Below, one piece after another: positions 51,598 to 63,706 of a DNA stretch of 64,000 nucleotides (the first letter of the stretch is position 1; each line of letters opens with the position of its first letter). Below the pieces are notes generated by a model. It made no database searches. It was not told the origin of the DNA and worked only from the letters and a program-made list of their open reading frames with translations. The translations under genes were made by a program, and so were the position numbers. The DNA is from Saccostrea cucullata. Its lineage: Eukaryota. The DNA is taken from positions 62,001 to 126,000 of the forward strand of contig NW_026923231.1 in NCBI RefSeq assembly GCF_032062105.1. The letters run 5' to 3'.

Positions 51598-52507
51598 CAG
51601 GCTTGGGGTCAATTACTTTGAACTGTAATTAAATATTCATACAAATATAAATACTTTCAAATAAATTGATAATTTTGTCAATTACTTGCAATTACAATTA
51701 CATTGATTTTTTCAAAAGTAATTAATTACTTTCAATTACTTTGACAAATGTAATTAAATACATTTCAATTACTTCGAGTTTTATTTAAAAAAAGAATAAA
51801 GATTTTTTATTTTAAATAAGATTTTTTCTAGAGCAATCGAATTCGAACTTTCATTCAGTGTTTTTGTTCTTGGGTATGCATGATAGGGGTTCACACCTGG
51901 TCAAAATTAGACCTTTACCTTATAATGAGTGTGACACACTATATAAACAAATTTAACATTATGAGACAATTAATTGTTGTACAAACACAAGCCCATGCTA
52001 CACCGTGTGGTGTATGGCAAGATCTTTTTTGTTTCTTTCTCAAATCCATATTTTTGAAGGAAATAAATAATATCCATCACAATTCCATCATTATTTTCTA
52101 TCTTAAAATGAATAGAATACAGGTAAATCTAAAAGGATATGTAGTTAGTTTAATTGCTGTAAAACAAATTTAAACTATTTAAACAATCATTGTGTTTGGC
52201 AGGTGGGAATAGGAAGAACTGAGATTTATAAAACATGGGAATAAGTAGTATAAACCCACCAGTATAAAACTATATATCAGTATAAGACACCTTTTTAAAT
52301 ATATATAAACTTTCATTTTGAAAAAAAGTTATTGAAATGTAATTGAAAAGTAATTAAAAATACATGACCTTTTTTTAAATGTATTTAAATACATTAAATT
52401 ACTTGTAATTGAAGGCTCGTTCAAATACAAATTACTTTCAATTACTTTGAAAAATGTAATTAATTACACTCAATTACAATTACTTTTTTTCAGTTACCCC
52501 ATCTCTG
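51598..52507. mobile_element. hAT-like non-autonomous element with AATTAC subterminal repeats and 8-bp TSD
   Basis: CCTGTTGA|CAGGCTTGGGG ... CCCCATCTCTG|CTTGTTGA (one mismatch in the TSD). Confidence 0.8.
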
Positions 52508-53425
52508 CTTGTTGATCACTATTGTTTGTCCCTACACAATATGTTTCGCGGGTTTGTTAAGGCAGCACATGAACCAGAATTCGGCGAATTAACACTTTTT
52601 TATAACATGTAACACTAATAAATCGGAAAAGTCATGGATAAATCTTTTGCTATCATTATGCATTCTACAGACGTCAATGAGACATACTACAAGAAGCACT
52701 TTACCACGAGGTCACCACGTGATGTTCAAAATTTTAAAATAAGACCAAAATTACAAATACATTTGACAATGCAAATCAGTTAATTAGTCATCTTTTTTAT
52801 TCGAAATACATTCAAAAGCTAAGAACACAGAAATTTGGTACATTTAATTAAAAAGATATTGAAACATTTTTGATAAGCTAGCGTGCCTTATAAAAAATAA
52901 TGCAATGTGTGAACCTAGGGTCAGAGGTTCATGTGTAGTAGGGGTACTGCTGAATATTACTGATTAGTTGAAGTGCATTTTTTGTTTCCCTGCCCTGCCT
53001 ATGGGTATTAAATAACCAAATTACTAGTAAGCAATTGCTAAGTGTATAGTAATGGTTAGCAATGGTGCCTCTTTCAACATTGTGTATAACATAGCATCAA
53101 GTTTAAAACATGAAGCAATTGAATCATTTGAAAGTTGTTGAATGATGCTCAGGTGACCTATAAAGCCCATGGGTCTCTCGTTTTTTAAGAAAGCGGAAGA
53201 CAAAGAGTCTCTGAATTATTTTGTTTTACTTTCAATTTTCAAAATTTTAAAATAAGACCAAAATTACAAATACATATGTCAATGCCACTCAGTTAATAAG
53301 TCATCTCTTTTATTCAAACGCTAAGAACACACTCAGTAATTAGGTATCATTATTTGTCAAAAATCATCCATTTTTCATTTAAACTGTAAGAAATCTTAAT
53401 TTAAAATTAATTTTTAATTTTCTAG

Positions 53426-53976
53426 AAGATCAAGACTGTAACATCATTCCTTAATAGTTAAGAAATAATTTTGTTACTTGATGACCTATATCTAGTTCAA
53501 AGATACATGTAACAAAGTATTCCAATGTTGTTTGTAGTGAGTTCTATCACGCAAGTTATGGTTAGCTTACATATTTCTATGGGACCACAATGTTTGATTT
53601 AGTTTCAGTAGTAATAAATGGGATGGGGAGTTGTGTAAATAAATCAAAAAAAAAAAAAAAGATATCTCAAAGGGCTAAGATTAGTAAGGCTAGTGTTGCA
53701 CGGGCTTCATCAATTATATATTAGCTGAATATTATTCAATATCCCTGCTTGATTTGAAGGAATTAATAAGACACGCATTAAGATGTTTGTAGTTTAGAAG
53801 AAAGTCCAGAAGAAATGAACTCATATAAACTCATTCTAGGTAAAGACGTCATTCAGAATGACATTACAGAATCCATGATGGAGGAACTAGCCAATCTAGA
53901 GTCGCAGATTGATCAAATTAACTTGACCATGAAGGCAATAAAAAGGCATTTCTCAAAGAACGATTCTGCTAGTTAA
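53426..53976 (+). pseudogene. Orphan duplicates of the two ROCO terminal exons (53426-53454 and 53783-53976), frames still open
   Basis: EDQDCNIIP* and DVCSLEESPEEMNSYKLILGKDVIQNDITESMMEELANLESQIDQINLTMKAIKRHFSKNDSAS*. The 60-bp exon is deleted here and no COR exon is visible upstream. Confidence 0.6.
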
Positions 53977-54836
53977 GGAAATATTTTTCAACGAAATAAT
54001 TTCCGGCGCTGTGTCTAAAATTGGTCTGCTATTTTTTATGCTTCCTTGTTTAATTTGTTGGAAACAAACCTCTTGTGACGTGAAGCTATTTCCTGGATTG
54101 GAAGAGAAATTGCCAAAAAACAGTACAAAAATTGTTATACCGACAATTATTTCCATGTGTTTGTTCATATTTCAACTTTAATAACTAACAGAATTGAAAT
54201 ACTGATGTTGAATGTTCGTATACACAGAGAAACTATCTTGAACTATAAGGAATCAGTGTTATTCTGAAATTTCGACAAGTACTAAATAGTATTTCAATTT
54301 TAACAGAGTTACAGAGAATGTATTTTTTATTAAAAGAAAGGAAATAGTTGCAAACATGCAAAAGTACATGTTATTTATCTTGATTGAAAAGCATATTTAC
54401 TTATTCATTTCCTTCTGAAAAGATTATGTACCAATATCGTCATTGTCTATTCTTCAGCTCATCAATAGTGCATTGTTGAAATGTCATATTAGTCATGAAT
54501 ATAGGAGATATCAAAGGAATATGCGTTTCTTTTCGTCCAGAGCTGCTGGTCTCGGTAAAGTTGTATTTAAGGGAATGGCATCCCTGTATGATGTCACAGT
54601 AAAAAAGTCATGCCCAATAGAAGAATGTCTTTTGGAAGAATGCTTTTAAATAAATATAATGATAAATAATGTTAGGCAAAAGAATTGTAAGTATATACTT
54701 TTTTTTTATAAAAATTCAGCATCAGAATTATGCATTTGAAAAACTATTTTCAGGATTTTTTTTTTGGTTTTAATGTTAACATTTCGCTTGTTTAATAAAA
54801 TAAATGTATCTCATATTAATAAATATGACAACCCTT

Positions 54837-56310
54837 TGTTACAACGCGAAATGTAATAACAACGCGAAATGTAATAAACCTGGATTATTACATTTTACGT
54901 TATTACATTTTGCGTCGAAATCAGCGCAGAATGTAATTGCACAAAATGTGATAACACGCTTTTGTGGATTATAACATTTCGCGTTATTCCCAAATTTTGC
55001 AGAAAACAGATCCATTACAGATTTTTCCTATGATTTACATGTACTGATTACATTTTGCATAGAGATCAACACAAAATGTAATAAAACGATTTTTGGATTA
55101 TTACATTTTGCGTTGTTACATTTTGCGTCAAGATTAAGCAAAAGGCAGGGACGCAAAATGTAGTAACACACTTCATTCGTCAGTCAGATTGAGTACAATT
55201 TTCAATATTGTAGTTGCGGATTAATAGAAAATAAAACAAAATGAAAAAAGAATAGATATATGCAATGTCTTTTAATTAACACATTTTATAATATATTTAT
55301 TTTATTAGCTACATGTATTGAGAATCAGCTTAATAAATGTATTCAAATTATAGGTGTTGCAAATTTGAAACCTGCATCTGTGGGTATGGTTCTTGGAGGG
55401 TATTGATCAGTGTGCCTTTGCTTTTTTATAGACAAATGCAATGGATCTTAAAATTAAACTATTCAATATATATATTAATTGCACTGATTATGGCGGGAAG
55501 GAGTGTATTGACAATAATGATACTATATTGTTCCATGCAAATCTCCAGCATTGCAGACGACCAAAAACAAAATTCTATCTCTCTCTTTCTTTCCATCCTA
55601 TAATAAAATGGGTTATTCCTGCATGTCCACAGTAATACAATTATAAACATACGAAGTAAACACCACACCCTTTCCCTGCCCCTCCTCGCTTGGCACACAC
55701 ATACGCTTCTAATTTGTTAACCAATGTATACATGCCAAACATGCATATCAAGAGCTTTTAATGAACCTATCTTTGTTAATTAAATATGTGTTATTGTTTA
55801 GAAATTTAAATAAATATGCCAATCAAAGTTACATTAATAATGTATAATTAAGTACAGTGTAAGCAATATAACTAAAATCAGAGTCAGAAAAACGATACAT
55901 TTAGATGTAATTATGTCCGTAAAAGCCCTAACGTTGGTCTCGATCATTGTTTTAGTTCTAAATATTTTCACAGCATGTTTCCCATGTTGGTTACATGTAT
56001 ATATTAAAATCGATTTTATGATCTTTTTTGTAAAACGCAATAAATATTTTTTTTATATTTGTTCTTAGTATTACATTTTGTTTTATTACATTTTGCGTTG
56101 TCTTCAGTGCAAAAATAAAATAACGCAAAATGTAACAACGAAAAAGTATGTTATTACATTTTGCGTTGATCTCGACGCAAAATGTAAAAATGCAAAAAGT
56201 AATAATCTAACAATCATGTTATTACATTTTGCGTTGATCTCGACGCAAAATGTAATAACGCAAAATGGTTTATTACATTTTGCGTTACTATTACATTTCG
56301 TGTTGTAACA
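54837..56310. mobile_element. Unclassified TIR element (TGTTACAAC...GTTGTAACA), 6-bp TSD ACCCTT, with ATTACATTTTGCGT subterminal arrays
   Basis: TIR, TSD (54831-54836 and 56311-56316) and repeats read directly. Confidence 0.85.
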
Positions 56311-57574
56311 ACCCTTACATTTATTTGCAATAACCGATATTTAAATCTACGCTGTATTTCATGAAAATAAAAGCAGTTTTTGTACCGTTTTAATTGCGAT
56401 GCGGAAAGATCTTAATGCCAAAATGTATTCAAATTTCATATTTGTTTATAATATACATGTAGGATGATTAAAATTATATTGTACATTATATGTACGAAAC
56501 ACAAAAACCTACCGTGTTGTTTCAAAAAGGAGTATCTCAAATGCCACAAATTAACAAAGTTTACTGGTTTTAGTAGAACACAATGTGTCGGAAACGAAGG
56601 AATGAAACAAAAAGTAACGAGAATTTCGGAAAGATTCTCAAAAAATCTTATTTAAATTTCAAGAGCATATATTCATTATTTTTTTTCTCTTGTAACATTT
56701 TTATAATCCCTCTTCAATTGTTTTAAGTTATCATAACGTATAAAACGCATGTTTACGACGTCAATCTACCTATCAAATGAAAAATCGTCTTAAAAAAATC
56801 AATTATGTAAAAAGAATTAATTTAATTTTCCAGCCCGTAGTATCCTAATTTTGTGCTTGTTTTAATTCAGTCCAAATTGTTTTTTTAAATGTAAATACGC
56901 CTCATTTTACAACTTTTCGCGAAACAATACTCAAAAACCCCTAAATCAGTCAAAAAAAATTCCTCATTGACGTATATAAATATATGTCCTGTACTTAAAT
57001 AGTCGTATACTATAAATACATATAAACTATGCTTGTTAGGAAATTCAGTTTTTGTATTCAATTTCAAAGGAGTTTCACTGTTTTACGTGTTATATGAAGT
57101 GGATAACAGTTCCTGTTTTGGTTTTAAAATTACTCATGAAATTTATTCCAATTTATTTATAATAGCATTCGTTTGAAGAAATAAATATTTCATTTATTTT
57201 GATTTTCTTTACTAGGGAGATTTTGGTAAATTTTCATTAAACAAGACAGATTTTTTTTCAGATAACATTTAATTTGATAACCCTTTAGTTTTTTCTTATA
57301 AAGTTATAAAGTTTTGTATTTTTTTTTATTTTTTGTGAAAACTACATGTTCATCCTTTCGTCGCACTGGAGTAAATTAAGCTAATGTAAGTCACCGTATT
57401 GTGTAAAATCTCAACGAGGAAATTATTTTCGAGTTGTGTATATTAATCAGCTGTTCTGCTTTGTTGATATCCTTTTATTAGAAATTGTATTAGAGTTAAG
57501 CTTTCAGAAAGTTAAGTACTGTGCATTCTTCAAAATATCCAAGATTATATTACACGTAAAGCAAGTGTCTGAAG

Positions 57575-58448
57575 CACAGGGGCCGGTAACATACTGTATT
57601 TGATTTTACGTAATCACTATATGTATACAAAAAGAGAAAGGGAAACAACATCAGCTCGAATTTACACAGGATCGATCTCAGAAATGACTCGTGTTTTCAA
57701 TAAAATACCTTGCAGTTTGTGAACTAACGTTTGGGATCATTCCGTAATAATCACTCTTTAATGAAAATACCATCGCGGTCATTTAAGAATCGTGTAAGTC
57801 GGGTTTTGCAGATCCGATATCCTGTCATAAAAGTGATGTAGTTTAAGTCGTCCACTAAATTCGCTAAACACTGCATCCAATATTTAACAGGAGATGTGAT
57901 TGGTCAATAGTTCTTTTCTAGAACAGATCTGACCAATCACGCTCCGCCTTTACTAATCATGTTTTTTTTTCCAAAATGTCGTCTTTTCTGGGCTCGAGCC
58001 TCTATGTGAACGAAAAAAGCTACCGTATTTATTCAAATCGGAGATGTTGTACCTTTTAATTGCAATAACAAAAGAAAAGTATGATTTTCGTGAACATTGG
58101 ATCTTAACTTTGTGTTTTCCATCTCCGGAAAAACTGGAGAAAATGTGCAAATTTTGCTTCGTTTTAGTGGACGACATAAATTACATCGACTCGCACAACG
58201 GGATATCGAGTTAGTATTACCCAACTTAAACGCTATAAATAGTAACGAGTTTTCTGTTTATTAAAGAATATTTATTGTGGTATGATTTCTAGTTATAATT
58301 TAATTGGCTACATTCTTTTTTCTATGAAATACGAAACATTTCCGAGATCGACCCTGTGTAAATTCGGGCTGACGTTGTTTCCCTTTCCTTTTTTGTATAT
58401 ATATAGTGATTACGTAAAATCAAAAACAGTATGTTACCGGCCCGTGTA
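57575..58448. mobile_element. TIR element with ~110-bp TIRs and 8-bp TSD GTCTGAAG (hAT- or P-like)
   Basis: Inverted ends GGGCCGGTAACATACTG...GATCGATCTC.GAAATG, TSD on both flanks, empty site near 11200 in the paralogue. Confidence 0.85.
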
Positions 58449-59022
58449 GTCTGAAGGTATTTTTGAGTAAAATTACAGTTTACATGTACATGTTCTCCTT
58501 CTTATGACAACTAAATATGTTCTTCGATGTATTAAATACAAAGTGCGTCACTCGATAACTACATTTGTAACATTGTGTGCTTTATAATTTGTAAGATTTA
58601 AATTTTGTAGAAATTTTGTACATGTGCACTATTTCATTATTTGCGATGAATAAAAAATTTTATCCTTCCTACATTTTTTAGTTCACAAAGCAAGATATAA
58701 ATGTGATGTTTTGTAAGATTTGTTTTTTATCACCTTAAAAATATTCAGGATATTGTCAAAAGTTTATTTTTTCACTATTTCAGATGCTATGAGTTTGGAG
58801 TTCATTGCTCAAAAGAACAATGGTCTGACAGCGTATTTTAAAAAAAACAGAAAATGGTATTTACTCCAATGTATGCACATTTTGAAATTAACCCTTTTAA
58901 AAATCTGACCTCGTATATTGAGCATAAAGAACAAATACGAATAATAAAAAGAGCTGTAAGGTAGTCAAATTAAAATGACTAGCTAAATAGAAATAAATAA
59001 AATGTCCCGGTCTTTGTTACTT

Positions 59023-61120
59023 CTACCACACATTCCTGATTTCTAGACTTTTTCTCGTACTAAGATTCTTATCCTCTATTGTCTGATAAGTATCCTCTTC
59101 AATATCCTCTTGGTCGATCGCTGTTGTTTTCAATCTTTTTAACTTTTTCTTCACCTTTAAGCTTCCATACACTACCAAGGCAATGATGACACACAATGAA
59201 AGACTGAGCACAATTAGAGACATATGGGATGGCATTCGGCTCTCCTTGTTTGTAAAAACTGTCGTAAAGTTAAAGTCATCAGCATACTTGGTTTGATTTG
59301 TAACAACAATATCTGTAAGGTTAAGTAGGAATTAATAGGTATAGAACATGTAGAAGGAAATGTTCTTGACTTCGAAATGTTATTAAGAAAACCTACAGTA
59401 ACTTTAATCGTAACTGAAAAGAATGCCTAACTGAGTTCGTATAAAATGAGCAGTTAAGTTGGTAAAGAGCCAGTTTGTACTAAATATTTATTACTACATG
59501 AAATATCGTATGTTCATCTGAAGGAGCCAGTAAACACAAACAAGTATTAAAACCAGCACCAGCGATTGTTACAAGAGTAAATCCACTTTGTATGTCCTTT
59601 TAAAATTTCCTCTAAAGTCACCTATGCGTACATATTCGTAATCTTGCATAAAGATTGGAGTTCAGTAGGTTATAATCAGGTTGAATATTATACATGTGAA
59701 CACATTTCTTCCCACCAAATTTGTCATTAAGGACGATGTTATTTTTGATGTTGTAAAATAACTTACCTTGTATGCTCAGAATATGATCACAATAACAAGG
59801 AAATGGTGGTTAACTATTAAGGTATATACTTCAATTTAGATTTTCTTGTTCTCTATAAAAATCTTGTGCAAAAATAAATTTTGGCGGAATTCTGCATTCA
59901 ATTGACTCACTCCTCGGATCCCTACCAATTAACTTTATATAAATATTGCATGTAGTTCATTGTAACATTAAAAATCTTCACCCCAAGAAAACCATTCTTA
60001 ATCTGCGCCTCGGTTGACAATGGTTTAATTGGGGTGAGAATTTTCAATGTTACGCTCAACTACATGCAATATTTATTATATAATAGTGAATGTTTTATAC
60101 AACTACACATAACAGTGAACCGTGCGCACAGTAATTCTGCGCAGTCGCTATTTTTTGGAATATCTCCCGTCGTCAAGCAATGTTGACTGTTGCTACGCTG
60201 GAGGGCGTGTCTTCTTTATTCGGCGGGTAATAGTGATTTTAACAAATGTTTCTCGACCAATCAGATTCAACTAATTTACATGAAAGTATAATATTGACTT
60301 TACCATAGATCTAGAACAAGCTCAATTCATTTCAAAACTTCCAGCATAACCATAACTCAAAACATGTGAGGATTAACATAATAAGTACAACGATACATTT
60401 GGTACTTACAGTCAATTTTGCTTTCTGTTGTTTGTAATGTTAGGGTTGAGCTTTCATAACAGCCTGATATAAAATCACAGCTATCATTGGAACAAGCACA
60501 CTTCTGTTTACACTTTAATCCATAACTAGGATACAAGCATTTCCTTATGCAGTTGATTCCCGAGAATCCGGCTTCACATTCTAAGGAAGTATGTTGAAAC
60601 AACTAAATAAGAAACTTAAAGCTACTTTAACCAGGGCTATATAAGCCCACTGATAAAACATTTAAAAAGTGTTTTCTTTATTGGGAATTCGTTTCAGCAT
60701 AATAAAATTACCGATTCCGTAGAACAAAAACTCTCAATTAATTATTATTATCATCATTGAATAAAATAAGAAAAGGAAGAAAGAGAAACAGTACTATTGT
60801 ACAGTTATAAGCATTGCTCAAGCAAGAACAAAACTCCTCTTTTGCTTTAAAGCTCACCTGTACATTTTTCTGTAATGTTATTCCATCGAAAACCAGGACA
60901 ACACCCGTTCGGATATCTGTAAACATATTTTTATAAAAAATTACAAAAGGATTCCTTTAAGTAAATTATGCCACTTATTTTTCCCGTCAAATTTGGAAAT
61001 TATATCCAGGAAAAAAACATGATTAATTTCTCACCCTGTACAGTTGGATTGTCCGCAAATTGGTCCAGTTTTAAAGAACCATATGAAAAGTAATCTTATT
61101 TGAGTTATTTTTGTTGTCAT
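59023..61120 (-). CDS. Receptor gene D: MEGF10/Nimrod-like single-EGF type I membrane protein, 201 aa; exons 61120-61035, 60916-60858, 60580-60410, 59312-59023
   Basis: GT-AG introns with phases 2,1,1 and a 606-nt open frame: MTTKITQIRLLFIWFFKTGPICGQSNCTGYPNGCCPGFRWNNITEKCTECEAGFSGINC...SGC, then stalk, TM, KVKKKLKRLK and IEEDTYQTI. Confidence 0.85.
59935..60293. mobile_element. Second copy of the palindrome-bearing element, in intron 3 of gene D
   Basis: Similar to 248-620; absent from intron 3 of gene A. Confidence 0.75.
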
Positions 61121-61627
61121 TCTTCAACACTCAAATATATAGAATAAGCAGATTCAAAATTGAAAGAACAAGGAAGATTTTTTTCATGAATTTCCTGAAT
61201 AAATTGAGTAATTAGGTGCTTTATATGTAAATCAATATGTGTATCAATGACATATAGAATTTTTTTTGTCATATATCAAGAATTAAATATATTTAAAATG
61301 TTTTAGCTGAAAAGTGTTTAATTGAAAAAAAAATGTACGATAACTTTTTCAGAACTCACAAAATTTTTATTGAAAATCTGAAAATGATAGAGAAAAATAT
61401 AACAAACATGATTCAAAACTCCTTTACTTTTATTTTCGTGACTGTTGGTTGTAGCATATTTAAAAGCAGCAAGGGGTCGCCAAGAGTAAACTCATAATTT
61501 TACATATACTTAATATAATAAGCATAAAAACCGTTCTGTATGTACACTGTACAAACCATTGGTAGTTAACCTTTTATATTTCATGAATTTTAAACATTTT
61601 AAACAAAATTTACATGTTATGTTGATA

Positions 61628-62636
61628 CGCAGGAGGAATAAGGAAGCATACAAAATATTCTCCCTTGGCTAAATCAGTGCTGCATTATGACGTCACAATA
61701 GACAATATGGCATCTATTTTAGAAATCAGGTTTTCGTAATATTGGTATTTAGCGATGTAATTTAACTCTAGAAAATTATTAGAAACGTCTAAACATTAAC
61801 AAACATAAAATATTTTTATTTTGTTATGCTGTCATAGTCATTATGATTGAAATCTACTCCCGATGACGTTATATGTGTACATCAAGTAACTTGGAATTTG
61901 ATCATGTCGTGTAAAGAGAATTTGGCTAAGACGGCATGTTCAAAGATACGTAAAATGGAGTTTAAAAGGAAAAAACGGAAATATTGTGTTAAATTCTTAT
62001 GAAGTTCAACGAATTAAACATGTATGCTGATTTATTTTCATCGCCTATATTCTCTTTAGAAGATAGTAAGCTATATTACGTATCCGGGTCGGCCTATCAT
62101 CCGTCATTCTTTACCAAAAATGCAACAGAACAACAACAAGCTGGATATTTCAAAACATACCATTTGTAGAGATTGAAAGATTGCATTTTCACAAACTATG
62201 AAAGTGCTGCTAGAATCCTGAGTTAAGCATGGTTGTACGAAAAATCTCGATTCCTAATGTATAAAATTCAAAACAAAGGGTAAGGTTTCGTGCAAATGTG
62301 TGGAATAAATATTGTACGGGCATGATAGTGGGATTCTAGTTGCACTTTTTAGACAAAATAGATGTTTTTCAGCTATATTACATACTCAAAGAAATTATGA
62401 AACGGGGTATTGTTGTTCTGTAAGTTTTTTGATTAAGGAAAATTTTGCTATTAATAGAAGTCACGTGATGCCGTGACGGTGATGCACGTCTTTGCGTTAG
62501 ACACGCTTTTATCTGTATGCAATAGTTAATTACAGTCTACGTTTATCAGTGGTTTTTGTTAATTAAATAACTAATTTTCTTCAAAAAGTCTAAATTTCCC
62601 GAGAAATTACTTACATGCTTCCTTAACGTACCTGCG
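61628..62636. mobile_element. CGCAG-terminus TIR element, 2-bp TSD TA
   Basis: TA|CGCAGGAGGAATAAGGAAGCAT ... ATGCTTCCTTAACGTACCTGCG|TA. Confidence 0.75.
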
Positions 62637-63174
62637 TATTGTTCTGGGTAAATTGGGATCGCTGATTGTTTGAACCATCACACATTCTGTACATCAACTG
62701 AGTTTGTTCTCGGCAAGCAAAGCAGAGCAAATCATGAATTTGTGGAAAGCAGCACACATTTTCACAATAAATGAGTTTGATTGTGGCAGCATTGGACAAA
62801 GAATTATATCATCAGTTGAATATTTCGACACATACCGAAACTTGAGATGAAAAGGGGAAAAGCCAATTCAATGGAATTTTATGCTGTCATACTGTTTTAA
62901 CTAAATTTTTGTGTCCCCCTCTCTTTACCATCAAAATGCCCTCTTTTGAAAACAAGATAAATTCCTTGTATAATTCATGTTCTAAAGAAAAATAATTGTG
63001 AAAAAAAAGCCCCAATATCTTTCAGTTTTAACTGCTAAGCCCCACCAACATGTTTTGATATATGTTTTTTTTTTATTTTAAATTGCCCGCTTTTTAAATA
63101 TAAAACAATTATCATTGAGATTCCTACATATACATATGATTGAGTGTATTTTTTAACGTCCCTCTCGTGACTTT

Positions 63175-63706
63175 TTCACTTATCTGATACATTTCTTTTA
63201 TATTTGGATATTTTACTTTCAAAAGAGGTTAAATTTAATATAACAATAATCTAACAACCAAACTCTGTGATAACCTAATGGCTTTAATTTTTCCATTGTC
63301 TCTCCCCATGATTATGCAGCAATATACATTTGGATTTTATGTATCTCAATTGGTTCAAAACGCAAGAGTATTCTTTACTTGTACGTATGTACAGTTTCTA
63401 AAGCTAGGTAGATTATTGACAAGCAAGTTGATGAAACAAGAATATCAGCAGTCCCGTTTAAAGCCATCATTTCTAAAGTTTAATAGTCGATGCAATGGCC
63501 TTGTCAGCAAATACAATTCATCATTGAGTCAAGTGCTGAATGACGTTTTTCATACTTATTGTTTTTACATTATTTTTTCATGTACGCTGAATTTACAATG
63601 GGTTTTTCTGTTTTTTTTTCCTGATTACGACAAGCAAACGCCGGGTGTGAACTGTCGGCAGGGGAGGCTAACTCCTCCATGGCAGTGTAGTCTAAACTAC
63701 AGATGA
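63175..63706 (+). mobile_element. Degenerate Penelope-like retroelement fragment (C-terminal part of RT)
   Basis: 'YLDILL', 'LTTKLCD' and 'FGFYVSQLVQNAR...Y.QFL..GRLLT.KLM.Q.YQQSRLK.SF.KF..R.N.LV.KYN' resemble the PLE RT-thumb consensus. Confidence 0.7.

Larger units (their letters stand above)
52725..61225 (+). repeat. Segmental duplication, copy 2 (orphan ROCO terminal exons plus receptor gene D)
   Basis: Collinear with 5775-14790. Confidence 0.9.

Noticed and set aside
56078-56308. ORF with repeated LLHFAL
   Set aside because: Translation of transposon subterminal repeats.
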